Source: Somniosus microcephalus (taxonomy: Eukaryota). From it: DNA of 64,000 nt. Of this stretch, positions 37,136 to 49,562 are shown piece after piece; within the stretch, counting starts at the first letter, position 1; the number at the start of each line of letters is the position of its first letter. The notes beneath the pieces are model-generated. The model was not told the origin of the DNA. It was given only the letters and a program-made list of their open reading frames with translations, and made no database searches. The position numbers and the translations under genes were made by a program. Where the stretch lies: positions 48,360,001 to 48,424,000 of the forward strand of contig CM126226.1 of assembly GCA_052327205.1 (NCBI GenBank), in the 5' to 3' direction.

Positions 37136-37863
37136 GAGGAGAGAAAAGTGGTAGGGGAAAAAAAAACTGGATAAGTCTCAAACTCACGCTGGTTATTGAA
37201 TTACATATTAGGTTAAATATTTCTTCAATATTTTCCAGGTGTTCAGAAAACCTCGGCCAAATTTTTTCTTTGTCATTATATTTAAATTATAGCCATTTAG
37301 AACCTTGCCTGCAATGTATAGCAACATCATTGCTATGTCAACTTAATGTAACCATAGCTGTAATTTATTGTAAATTTTAGCACACTTGTTTAATCTACAT
37401 CAATCACAGTTCTGTAGCCTACTCCCTGGAGCTCCTCTTAGTCTGCTTGCAAACAAAGATCCCAGCTGTATACAACAGGCATTTTGATATTTTCTGTACA
37501 ATAAAACTGTATTACAGTATTACACTCCAGTGATATACAAATGTATCCCATTGTGTGATATCATAAATAGAATGATTGCACCTTTCTCTGATACTTTGTT
37601 AGAAGATTTTCTTTTACGCTCGAGTCAAGCCCTTTATCAACAGCACAGAAAATGAGTAATTAGCAATTGTTTTCTCATTTAGGATAAACAACCATTGTTT
37701 GGTTTTCTTTCTCCATGAAGTAAGATCAAGCAGAAGAAACCTAACCCGCTGAATATGAGACTTGGATCAGTATTTACATATTGAATAGCAAAAAATTCAG
37801 AATTGAATTTGGGGGGGGGGGGTCTAAAACTAGGAGCCATAAAAATGATAGTCACCAATAAAT

Positions 37864-39198
37864 CATGGGATTGGGGGGTACTATATAAGCATGGATTTAG
37901 GATTGGTTAATGGACAGAAAACAGAGAATAGGAATAAACGGGTCATTTTGGGGTTGGCAGGCTGTAACTAGTACCACAAGGATCAGTGCTTGGGCCTCAG
38001 CTATTCCCAATCTAGATCAATGATTTGGATGAGGGGACTTAATGTAATATATCCAAGTTTGCTGATGATACAAAGTTGGGGGGAAATTAAGTAGTGAGGA
38101 GGATGCAGAGGCTGCAAGGGGATATAGACAAGCTAAGTGAGTGGGCAAGAACATGGCAAATGGAATGTAATGTGGAGAAATGTGAAGTTATCCACTTTGG
38201 TCAGAAAAATAGGAAAACAGAGTATTTTTTAAATGGTGAGAAATTGGGAAATGTTGGTGTTCAGAGGGACCTGGGTGTCCTTGTACACGAATCACTGAAA
38301 GTTAACATGCAGGTACAGCAAGCAATTAGGAAAGCAAATGATATGTTGGCCTTTATTACAAGAGGATTTGAGTAAACATAGAAACTAGGAGCAGGAGTAG
38401 GCCATTCGGCCCTTCGAGCCTGCTCCGTCATTCAACGAGATCATGGCTGATCATCCAAGCCCTTAGCACCCGGTCCCTACACCGACAGCCATCCCACCCA
38501 AGCCCTATCCCCGTAACCCCGCGTATTTAATCCCCCCTAACACTAAGGGCCAATTTTTATCATGGCCAATCAACCTAACCCGCACATCTTTACAAGAGTA
38601 AAGACATCTTACTGCAATTATATAGGGCCCTGGTGAGACCACACCTGGAGTATTGCGTACAGTTTTGGTCTCCTTACCTAAGGAAGGATATACGTGCCAT
38701 AGAGGGAGTGCAACGAAGGTTCACCAGACTGGTTCCTGGGATGGGGGGATTGTCCGATGAGGACAGATTGAGGAGACTAGGCCGATACACTCTGGAGTTT
38801 AGAAGATAGAGAAGTGATATCATTGAAACATTCAAAATTCTTATAGGGTGACAGGGTAGATGCAGGGAGGATGTTTCCCCTGGCTGGGGGGGTCTAGAAC
38901 GAGGGGTCACAGTCTTAGAATAAGGGATCGGCCATTTAGGACTGAGATGAGGAGAAATTTCTTCACTCAGAGGGTGGTGAATCTTTGGAATTCTCTACCC
39001 CAGAGGGCTGTGGAGGCTTAGTCGTTGAGTATATTCAAGACAAAGTTCGATAGAGTTTTGGATATTAAGGGAATCAAGGGATACGGGGATAGTGCAGGAA
39101 GTGGAGTTGAGGTAGAAGATCAGCCATGATTTACTGAATGGCGGAGCAGGCTCGAGGGGCCAAATGGCCGACTTCTGCTCCTATTTCTTATGTTCTTA
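37864..39198 (+). mobile_element. CR1 LINE (RT to 3' end) nested in an older CR1, itself containing a SINE insertion
   Basis: PQGSVLGPQLF, ISKFADDTK, LQGDIDKLSEWARTWQM motifs; taaatc repeated at both junctions; the older CR1 at 37812-37863 resumes at 39199. Confidence 0.9.
38375..38591 (-). mobile_element. 5'-truncated HE1/V-SINE body joined to a CR1-type tail
   Basis: 38500-38591 matches 47280-47363; 38375-38455 matches the CR1 tail at 19463-19550. Confidence 0.75.
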
Positions 39199-39425
39199 AA
39201 TCCAATAAGGAGTTGAAGAGAAATTTCTTTACTCAAGACAGTGGTCAGAATGGTGAACTTGCTGCCACATGGAGTAGTTAGATAAGTACATGAGGGAGAA
39301 AGGAATAGAAGGATTTGCAGATAGGGTTAGATGAAGTAGGGTGGGAGAAGGCTCATGTGGAGCATAAACTCCGGCATATTTCAATTGAGCCAATTGGCCT
39401 GTTTCTGCGCTGTAAATTCTATGTA
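39199..39425 (+). mobile_element. Older CR1 3' fragment
   Basis: RNFFTQ-type sequence and 3' tail. Confidence 0.75.
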
Positions 39426-39746
39426 CAGGAAACTTTTTTTTTTTTTAAATCCGGGACCGACGTGGTGCCGGTTCATCAAAAATTCCGGATAACCGAACGC
39501 TATAGTGAAAGATACAGAGCTGAGAGCTCCGTATAAAGCAACAAACCCTGTTGCTTAGCAACAGGTTCAGAACAATGGCCACAGGTTCCAAGCATCTCTG
39601 TAGCTTAGCAACAGCTGCAGCCACACCCTTGCACAGCAACAGATCGAGGAAGGCAAGTAATAAAACTTACCTGAACCTACTCCTGAATTTTGCCGGTTAA
39701 CCGAGATTTCCGGTTATTTAGGTGCCGGTAAATCAAAAGTTTCCTG
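39426..39746. mobile_element. Tc1/mariner-type MITE, copy 4 (opposite orientation, diverged interior)
   Basis: TA|CAGGAAACTTTT ... AAAAGTTTCCTG|TA; X-boxes at 39550-39562 and 39600-39612. Confidence 0.85.
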
Positions 39747-39749
39747 TAA

Positions 39750-39940
39750 TTGAGTAGAATAACATAGATGCATTTAAAGGGAAGTTAGATATGTGTACGA
39801 TGGAGAAAGGAATAAAAGGATCTGTTGATAGATTGAGATGAAGCAAGATGGGAGGAGGTTCATGTGGAGCATAAACACTGGCATAGACCTGTTGGGCCAA
39901 ATGGCCTGTTTCTGTGCTGTAAATACTATGTAATATGATG
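39750..39940 (+). mobile_element. CR1 3' fragment
   Basis: atagatgcatttaaagggaagttagat...gggccaaatggcctgtttctgtgctgtaaatactatgta. Confidence 0.8.
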
Positions 39941-40667
39941 TAAATACAATTCCATGGTTTGAGCATTAATCTATCATCAATTGAATGGAACTGAACTATT
40001 ATAGTTTGTCTTTCCAAACTAAAGCAGTGAACATCAAGACATTTTAATTATTTGCGTGTATTAAGTCAGTCATCCATCCATACCTTACTAATGAAAGTAG
40101 CATTTAAAAGCAAGACGAACCCTCAATTTAAGTCTAGCACAATCTCTTAGTTTGGGAATTTTAAAAAATGGTGACCATTTAAGCTTTGAAAAGCAGTTCA
40201 ATATGTTGAGTACTGAAGCATTTTCCTCCATCAAAACAAATAAATTAATACATTATTTGTGTTTGCTGGGGTTCTCCTCATTCTTTGAACTATACCCATA
40301 ACATACCATGTAGAACAATGGAACGTAGAGTGCAAATGGCACAATTTAAACTCGGAATCCAAGCTAGACAGCTATCTTTACAATTCTCTTAGGATCAAAG
40401 GCAATAATGCAGACCCTGGCAAAGACAGGCAATATATCTTTCTTAATATACTGTAAGATGTTAAACTGGAAGCATTCATTTGGGAGAGATTTTTTTTTAC
40501 CTTTGATCTGGCCTAAATGCTCATATAGATATCCAGAGAATAGGATAAACAGTACTGCACAGTGAATGTGTGACTGTCCAGGAGACTGCCTCACATGTAA
40601 TTATACAGCAACTTCCGTCTACGCCTCTTAATTCAAAGTCACAATTCAAATTAGCTGTTAATTTAAA

Positions 40668-41038
40668 TTACTGGTTCCAGGGATGAGGAAATACAGTTAC
40701 ATGGATAGACTAGAGAAGCTGGGTTTGTTCTCCTTGGAGCAGTGAAGGCTAAGAGGAGATTCATTCGATAGAGGTGTTTAAAATCATGGCGGGTTTAGAT
40801 AGAGTAAATAGAGAAACTGTTTCCAATGGCTGAAGGGTCGATAATGAGAGGGCACAGGTTTAAGGTGATTGGCGAAAGAACCCGAGGCGACAGGAGGAAA
40901 ACCTTTTTACGCAACGAGTGGTGAGGATTTGGAATGCGCTGCCCGATAGGGCGATGGGTACAGATTCAATAGTAGCCTTCAAAAGAGAATTGGATAAATA
41001 CTTGGAGAAAAAAATCATCTGTGTTGTACTATTCTATA
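40668..41038 (+). mobile_element. CR1 fragment, same subfamily as 15080
   Basis: RLEKLGLFSLE..RLRGD..IEVFKI..RGHRFKV motifs. Confidence 0.85.
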
Positions 41039-41441
41039 AATCCCTATGTGGTTATGTTAATTATACTGCTTAATCCAAATGATTGGATCATTCATTTTCT
41101 TAGTACAAATGAACATCAACTTTCTAAAACTGTATGCCTCCCGCCAATACATACAATAAAATACATTTTGCAAACGACTGAACAAGATGACAAACTGGTT
41201 TACTCCACGGGCTGTAAACTGCTTTGGGATGGCCTGAGGACATAAGATGCCATTATAAAGGCATTTTTTTTCCTTCTTTTACTCAATATTCCAAAAGAAT
41301 CTTTTTAAAAAGTCCTCAGTTTATGAATTTGGGTTTTGTCCACCTAGGAAGAGCTTAGTTTTTATCTGCATTCCAATTCAGATTGATGGAGTTGACTAGA
41401 ACAAAAGAAGAACAATCTGCTGAGATGAAAGTAAAGCCAAA

Positions 41442-41700
41442 ATTATTTTATTTAGCCAAGGGATGAGGATTAAGACCACTGTTGCTCACAATTTATATTA
41501 ATGATTTAGACTTTGGGATCAAAAACACAATTTCTAAATCTGCAGATGACACCAATTTTGTGGTGGGGGGGGGGGGAATAGTCCTCATCCCTTGGCTAAA
41601 TAAAATAATGTTGCCATTTCCACATGACCCTGCCTAGTATAATTCATACACAGGATCATGTGGAAATGGCAGTTGAAGGACGATGAACTGTACTAGTACA
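41442..41700. repeat. Cluster of inverted repeats just upstream of a CR1 5' junction
   Basis: About 31-bp IR at 41442-41472 / 41579-41609 around a CR1 RT piece; 21-bp IR hairpin 41612-41671; palindrome tgtactagtaca 41689-41700. Confidence 0.88.
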
Positions 41701-41724
41701 TGCCCTGATGGTACTTGCTGAATG

Positions 41725-42817
41725 AAAGCTAACTGGTTTCAAGACCGAAAGCAGAGAGTAGGGGTAACGGGTAGCTATTCAGAGTGGTGGAAAGCGGGGT
41801 CCCACAAGGATTCGTGCTGGGACCACAGTTGCTCACAATTTATATGAACGATTTAGACTTTGGAATCAAAACACGATTTCTAAATCTGTGGATGGCACCA
41901 AATTGGGGGAAGGGGGAGATAGTCAATACTGAGGAGGACTGCAACAATTTACAAGGCATTAATAAACTTGCAGAATGGGCATAAAATTGCCAAATGAATT
42001 TCAACATAGAAAGTGTGAGGTATTACATTTTGGTAATAAAAATTAGCAGGTCAACATTACTTGGAAAATAAGAATCAAAATGGGGTAGAGGAACAAAGGG
42101 ATCTTGGAGTACAAATACACAAATCAGTAAAAGTAGCGATGCAGGTTAATAAACCAAACCAAGTGCTAGGGTTTTATTTCTAGGAGGAATAGAATTGAAA
42201 AGTAGAGAAGTTATGCTAAACTTGCATCGAACCTTGGTTAGACCACACTTGGGAGTACTGTGCACAATCCTGGTCGCCATATTATAAAAAGGATGTAGAG
42301 GCACTGGAGAGGGTGCAAAAAAGATTTACAAGGATGGTACCAGAAATGCGAGGTTATACCCATCAGGAAAGGATGAACAGGCCGGGTCTCTTTTCTCTTG
42401 GTGGAAAAAAAAAAGAGAAGGCTGAGGGGTGACCTAATAGAGGTCTTTAAAATTATGAAAGGTTTTCATATAGTAGACGCAGAGAGAGTTTTTCCACTTG
42501 TGGGGAAGAGCAAAACTAGAGGCCATCAATATAAAAGATAGTCATCAAGAAATCCAATAGGGAATTCAGAAGAAATTTCTTTACCCAAAGAGTGGTGAGA
42601 ATGTGGAACTTGCGACCACAGGGAGTAGTTGAAGCGAATGGTATAGATGAATTTAAGGGGAGGCTAGACAAGCGTATGAGGGAGAAGGGAATAGAGAATT
42701 ATGCTGAGTTAGATAAGCAAAGATGGGAGGAGGCTCAGGTGGAGCATAAACGCTGGCATGGACTGGTTGGGCCGAATGGCCTGTTTCTGTGCTGTATAGT
42801 CTATGTAATTCTGTGTA
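41725..42817 (+). mobile_element. CR1 LINE (RT to 3' end), frameshifted
   Basis: SGVPQGFVLGPQLLTIYMNDLD, NKLAEWA, VRMWNL motifs and CR1 tail. Confidence 0.9.
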
Positions 42818-44838
42818 AGCCTCATACTGGAGATCTCCAGGATAACTGTAACAAGTGACAGATCAGAATTGTCGGAACTGCATCAGAACCAAATCTTTTC
42901 CATTAAACACTGAATAAAGTTTTGGGAAAGGTTTTCTAAATGTCATAAATGCCAAGATTATTTCTACTAGAGGATAAAAGTTCTGTGTTTTACATTCTAT
43001 CCCTTGCAATCGAAGAACTGCTAAGTTACAGCCAAAGTCTATACTTCCAGTTAAGAAGGAATAGTGGTTGGTTCAAGAACCAGACCATTTGTGGTGTATT
43101 ATCAACACAGCAGGACCAAAGACCCTGAACAGGCTTTCAGCAACATCTTACTGATCAAAGTCACTGAATCTGGGTTACCTTAGTGGTACAATTAGTTCAC
43201 AGACATACTGACTGGCTCCAGATAGAAATATATACATAACACTCAGTTGCTTCTAGTATAAATATTAGCAATCAAAACAGTGGCAAAATTGAAGCTTTGA
43301 CTACATACATCAAGTACCTGCGAACTTACAACTTTTCTCAGATCCATTTCTGTCATTATTAGCCATAAGCAAAAGATGATTTAAAAAGATCCGCCTTTTT
43401 AAAATGCCCAACTATTAGCACCAGCTGTAAAACTTTTTAAATGAAATGCAATTATTCTGTCAAAACTTCAGAAGTTTTCAGAAAAAGTTTATATGATGCC
43501 TCATGCGAGAGCTTCTGGGACAATCCTGAAACTACAAGGCGTACTAACATACTGATGTTCCAGAAAAGTGGAGAGAGAAAATGGTGGGAAAGTCTTTTAT
43601 TTGCTGCTTGGAGAAGGCTGTGCCCTGACCTTCCCAACAAGCAGCACGGATGGGAATGAATTACTGGCTCCGAGCACTTTGCAACACAAAAATCCACTTG
43701 CTGCATAACAATTTTAAACATATAATGTTCAAATTTATTTGAGTCTCTCAGAACCTTGGTAGTATACCTGTGAAATTGCTACACATAAAATTACTTCAAA
43801 TGTTTCCATACCTGAGCAGTCAACACAATGGTGTACAATGTAGTTCTCTGGGCACCATTTTTGTTTCACGTCAGAAAGTGATTTATAACAATTGCATTGT
43901 CACTTGTGTGTAAAATCAATGACTGCTAAATACGTAACAGAAATACCTTTACAGTCTTTCAAAGGTTGCCAACATCTTAACAGTGGAAACTAAGCACAGC
44001 AAAAGCAGTACATTGGGTTTCCTGGGGTTGTGGTGGGAGGGGGGGGGGGGAAGGAGAAGAGAGGTAGTGAAAGGAAAAGGGAGGAATTATGATTGGTGTA
44101 AAATCCCCTATCTGGACAGTACTACCCTGTAGTAAGCTGAATGTTATAATGTCAATCTGGAAGGACACCAAGGGGGGGGAAAAAAGTACCAGAGTGTAGC
44201 ATTTAAAAACTTTGTTGAAATGAGGGTGTAAACAACCGCCACTGTGGAGAAAATGACTTTATTTATTTCAGGGTTAGGCAATTAGTGGTTCTTTGTACAA
44301 GTTACTTCAGGCTGGTTGTAGAAAGCATCACAAATTTAACAACATAGGGCTAATGTTGCTGGCTTTTAAACTATACTGCATCTATACTTAAAATAGTTTT
44401 TTGCTTGCAGAGCTAAACAATAACCCAGTTACAGGAAACTTCTTATATTAGCATATCCCAATTTGTCAACCAAATTAATATTGAAACAAGCTGTGTTACG
44501 TAGCAAGCTTGTTAAAGTACAGAATGAGCAAAAAACAGAACTGAAATCAAAGAGCAGACACAAAATTACCGTAAAGACATAATAGACGATGGTTATAAAA
44601 ATGTTATATTGAACAGGTAAAGAAGGAATGCAAAACATAATTTGAAAGGCTGGTACTGTTCACATGCCGGTGTATTTGTGGAGCAATTAGATCTTATCTG
44701 CATTGTAGACTGTAGAAAAAAAATTAAATAGATTTTTACATTAGAATCATAGAAATTTACAGCACAGAAGGAGGCCATTCAGCCCATCGTGTCTGTGCCG
44801 GCCGAAGTGTCAGCATGCTAGTCGACTGTAGTCTGTGC

Positions 44839-45077
44839 CACTCAGAGGGTGGTGAACCTGTGGAATTCTCTACCACAGAAGGCTGTGGAGGCCAAATCAT
44901 TGAATATATTTAAGAAGGAGATAGATAGATTTCTAGACACAAAAGGCATCAATGGGGTATGGGGAGAGAGCGGGAATATGGTATTGAGATAGAGGATCAG
45001 CCCTGATCATATTGAATGGCGGAGCAGGCTCGAAGGGCTGAATGGCCAACTCCTGCTCCTATTTTTCTATGTTTCTA
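44839..45077 (+). mobile_element. CR1 3' fragment nested in the opposite orientation
   Basis: TQRVVNLWNSLPQKAVEA motif and tail ctcctatttttctatgtttcta. Confidence 0.88.
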
Positions 45078-45205
45078 AAAAGAACTGTCCAGCCTAATCC
45101 CACTTTCCAGCACTTAGTCCACAGCCTTGTAGGTTACGGCATTTCAAATGCATATCCAAGTACTTTTTAAATGCGATGAGGGCTTCTGCCTCTACCACCC
45201 TTTCA

Positions 45206-45326
45206 TGGTGTGGAGATGCCGGTGTTGGACTGGGGTGGACAAATGTAAGAAATCACACAACACCAGGTTATAGTCCAACAGCTTTATTTGAAATCACAAG
45301 CTTTTGGAGCACTGCTCCTTCGTTCA
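45206..45326 (-). mobile_element. Second Penelope-like terminus family with a degenerate hammerhead
   Basis: Minus strand: cCTGAaCGA-a-ggagc(agt)gctcc-AAAAGCTT-gtg; ttca repeated at the junctions. Confidence 0.55.
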
Positions 45327-47164
45327 GGCAGTGAGTTCCAGACCCCCACCACCCTCTGGGTGAAAAAAGTTCTCCTCAACTCCCCACTAATCCTTCTACC
45401 AATTAATTTAAATCTATGCCCCTGGTTATGGATCTCTCTGTTAAAGGAAATAGGTCCTTCCAATCCACTCTATCTAGGCCCCAAATCATTTTATACACCT
45501 CAATCAAGTCTCCCCTCAGCCTCCTCTGTTCTAAAGAAAACAACCCCAGTCTATCCAATCTTTCCTCATAGCTAAAATTCTCCAGTCCTGGCAACATCCT
45601 CGTTACCCCCAGGTCCCAGCCCATTTTCCCCCTTCCCTCCTGAAGGAACCAATTCCTGCTAAGCTAAGATTCCACACCCACCGTCAGCACTCTGGCAGCT
45701 CTGGTGATTCTTTGTGTCCAAGCTTAGACACCGAGTGTCAGCATGCTAGTTCACCGTAGTCATCAGGAGTGGAAATCCTGGTTGATTTTTCCCCATCCCA
45801 GTCTCGAGATCCTGAGGCATAATAACCCCACCGCTGCTCCTGCTGGCATCAGCTACCTCAGCAAGGAATAGGCATCAAACCTGGGAGATTCTGGAGCAGA
45901 TGACTTAGTCTGACTCTGGGCAGTGCCTTATCCAGGGCACATAACATGATCATTTCCGTCGTAAGATTCTCTTTTGAGATTCCAAAAGATTCGACGTTCA
46001 CATTTCTTGATTATATACTGTGTTTCAAATTATGTAAGATACAATGTATTGTTGCATCACATTAAATCTGTTGGTAGGACAGTATGCAAGGCCTGTCTGT
46101 TACTTAAGAAGATTTCTGTTTTGCACATGAGCAGCAATAGTCTTGCAGTGTGCCAACTGATTTTGGCAATTGCACTCCTATTGATTGAAATGACTAAATA
46201 AAGTACTTGCTTGATAGACTCTAAAGGACAGAAAATGATACTGTTTTTAAACTGGTGTTGTACAAGTTATGAAAACAGTCAAGCAACAGCTTGTTGTAGT
46301 AGTTATACCATGAAAGCACTGATGTAAAGTTTTCCGAGTACAGCATTACTTAAAAAACCCACCAAATTAAACATGAGTACTGCTTCCATCAATATCTTAT
46401 GAGTCAGTCCAACAAGCACATGTACTTTTTTCTCTCTACTGAGTCATAACAGCATCATAAGACATCTCACCATGGCTGGTTGGGCCATCACCAAGGCACA
46501 GGGGTAAGCAAAGGTCGTATTACTCTGGATTGACTGGCACAGGGCACATTTACAATACAGTTACACTACAATTTAGGCAATTTCTAGTAGGGAGTGCTCT
46601 TCTGATGTTGGAGCTGGGCCTATTGTTGGGACAGTGACATGAGAACTTGATTCTGCATCTAGCTGTGCTGCGCCTGACCCAAGAATGTTCGATACTGACA
46701 ATGAATGCCTTAAATGTAGGTGTTTAATTCACCTATATAAAGACCTTTCATGTCAATTAGCTCAAAAATTCACCATTTGAAAAAACAAGTCCCTCGAGTA
46801 ACATGTATTAACACCAGATTATTTTAATTACATTTTCAGTCAAAAATGTATTTATGCAACCTATAAAACAAACATAAGTGCTTTTCCTGCAATCACAATT
46901 CCCTCAGTTTTCAGTGATACAGCATCAAAATGACCAGACCAAGTGTGCACACAGCGCTGTTATGGCCAGTGGTGACCCAAGAACAGGCCAAACAATTATT
47001 ATACATTTATTATCAAATCATTAGTAAAACTACAGATGATCCAAGCATAGTATTCATAAAATTATAAATTCACAACTAAAACCCATTAGTGCTGTACCAG
47101 TATCGATGGTGGTATAACTTTCAGAAACTTGGACTGATATTTCAGTATCAATTGCTAATGTGTT

Positions 47165-47510
47165 ATCACAGAATCACAGAAACCCCACAGTGCAGATAGA
47201 GGCCATTTCGGCCCATCGAGCCTGCACCGACACATATCCCACCCGATCCCCGTAACCCCTACACCAACACATATCCCACCCTATCCCTGTAACCCCACGT
47301 ATTTAATCCCCCTAACACTAAGGGTCAATTTATCATAGCCAATCAACCTAACCCGCACATCTTTGGACTGTGGGAGGAAACCGGAGCACCTGGGGGAAAC
47401 CCACGCAAACACGGGGAGAATGTGCAAACTCCACACAGACAGTCACCCGAGGCCGGATTCGAACCCGGGTTTCTGGCGCTGTGAGGCAACAGTGCTAACC
47501 ACTATGCCAC
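47165..47510 (-). mobile_element. Full-length HE1-type V-SINE
   Basis: tRNA head (gtggcatagtggttagcac...ggttcgaatccgg), V domain (gtgtggagtttgcacattctccccgtg...ggtttcctcccacagtccaaagatgtgc) and CR1-like tail. Confidence 0.9.
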
Positions 47511-48620
47511 AGAGCAAAATTTCAAATTTGTATTTTCAAAATCAATGCTAGCTTTCCTCTGTAATTAACACATTGTAGGCATTTGCAATTAGTTGTTTAA
47601 AGGTAACAGGAGAGACTGCACGAGTGAAAAGTGAACCAGTGTTGCTTTTTGTAAAAACTCTGGGATTAAACATTTAGCTTCATACAAACTGTGAGAGCGC
47701 AAACAGATAAACTCCTCTGTGCCTACTTCTAACAAAACCTATGAATTCAATGTATAGTAAATATCGCAAAGGACTCCGATACTACAATAGACTAAAGATA
47801 ATTAAGAGATTATTAACACTGTAATTGCCTATTACACTGTTTGAAAACTCATGCAATACTCGTTGAATTTTGTTCTCTCTTCACTCCTGAGAACTTTTTG
47901 CCCAGACCTCGTGATTATTGACATTATAGACTGAAGTACATTTTATGGATTAGCTTTATAGGATTTGAAATCTAAAAACTCATATGCAGCTGAGAATAAG
48001 GGTTCACGGCAGAAATGAACATGGTGTTACCATACCAAAGGTTCTCCTGTGTAAGTAATAGCTGTAGCATCAACTTCACCTCAAGGCAAAATTACATCAA
48101 TATGGTAAAACCCTGATGATCTGTGTGCCTTCTCACCCTTCATTACCGAATTTCACTCCAGGTTCAAGGTGCAAAATCATTTTTTTAAATCCAAAATGTT
48201 GCATACAGCTTTAGTATGCATAGCTGACTTTTATTTTTACACATCATTTTGCTAGAATGAAAAGACACCCTACTCGGGTATGCAACATTGTCCATTCTTC
48301 CCAATTAAATTTACAAAATGATGTTGATCCCTTCACATTTGCTGACTTTTTTTTTAAGATAGTGGGAAACTACATTGAATTCTATGCCTGATGCACGTAA
48401 TCTGTGGGGGATGTTTTGGTACCATTGTGGACTTGCAGCACATAGCACACTGCACATTCAGGCTTGGAAAAACAAGGCAGTGATTGATTCAAAAAGAAAA
48501 CAGCTATTTTAAACTACACGGTACATCCATGCTTAAAAAGGAGTTACAGTGCCTAAACAACTGAGTATAGAGAGTACACGTAAACAGCATGCCACTGATA
48601 CAAAGAATCTGCTTGTTAAA

Positions 48621-49080
48621 TTCAGTGCTGGGGGAGTTCTGCACTGTCGGATGAGCCGTTAAATCGAGGCCCCTTCCACCCTCTTAGGTGGATGTAAAGG
48701 ATCGCATGGCACTATTCAAATAACAGCAGGCAGTTCTCCCAGTAATCGGGCCAATATTTATCCATCAACCAACATCACGAAAAACAGATTATTGGGTCAT
48801 TATCTCATTGCCATCTGTGGGACCTTGCTGTGCACAATTTGGCTGCCGCATTTCCCTACATTACAATAGTGGCTACATTTCAGAAACAATGTTCCCCCTA
48901 AGGAGTGCGGTCACGCACCAAGCGTGAGGTCCTGCGCAGGCCACTCACCTGCTGCTGCCGCTGGAAGATACCGCGCATGCAGCGGCCGCGCACTTAGACC
49001 ACAAATTAGAGGGATCATTGTTCATAAGTACTTCATTGGCTGTGAAGCACTTTGGGAGGTCGTGAAAGGTGTTTTTTCTT
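48621..49080 (+). mobile_element. Degraded Deu-SINE split by a small hAT MITE
   Basis: Core gtcggatgagccgttaaatcgaggcc; resumes at 49021 with agtacttcattggctgtgaagc. Confidence 0.8.
48887..49020. mobile_element. 134-bp GC-rich hAT-type MITE
   Basis: 15-bp TIRs caatgttccccctaa / ttagagggatcattg; degenerate 8-bp TSD ttcagaaa / ttcataag. Confidence 0.75.
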
Positions 49081-49254
49081 CAGTTTTAAATATTTAAATT
49101 AAGATTAAAAAACCATTGCTGCAGGAGACTTGGGTTTCTCACAAGATGTTAAAATCCATTCCACTTAGCTCTTCTTTATTATATTAGTTGAAATAAATCT
49201 AAGCAGAATGTGCCAAAGTAAAGAGAAGCATAAGTTGGAGCCTTACTATTTTCA

Positions 49255-49562
49255 CCCCCGGAGCCCTCCGTTCCTCCAGCTCTAGCTTCTTTTGGATCCT
49301 ATCCCTCCCTTCGCCCCACCATTGGCGGCTGGGACTTCAGTCATCTCTGCCCCACACTGGAATTCCCTCGATAAACCCCTCAGTCTTTCCACCTCCCTCT
49401 CCTCCTTTAAGCTCACCTCTTTGACCAAGCTTTCGGTAACCCCTCTGCTCCTAATATTCCCCTCTTTGGTCAGCCTACATTTATGTCTCATTACACCTCG
49501 GTGAAGATCCTTGGGGCATTTCTATGTTAAAGGTACTAACTATATAAATGCAAGGAGTTGTT
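49255..49562 (+). mobile_element. Degraded L2 3' fragment
   Basis: Similar to 26170-26463; tail ctatataaatgcaag. Confidence 0.75.

Larger units (their letters stand above)
44743..45602 (-). mobile_element. CR1 3' fragment split by two younger insertions (44806-45077 and 45206-45322)
   Basis: Pieces 44743-44805, 45078-45205 and 45323-45602 concatenate to match the copy at 9739; ORF 45403-45624 YEERLDRLGLFSLEQRRLRGDLIEVYK. Confidence 0.85.
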
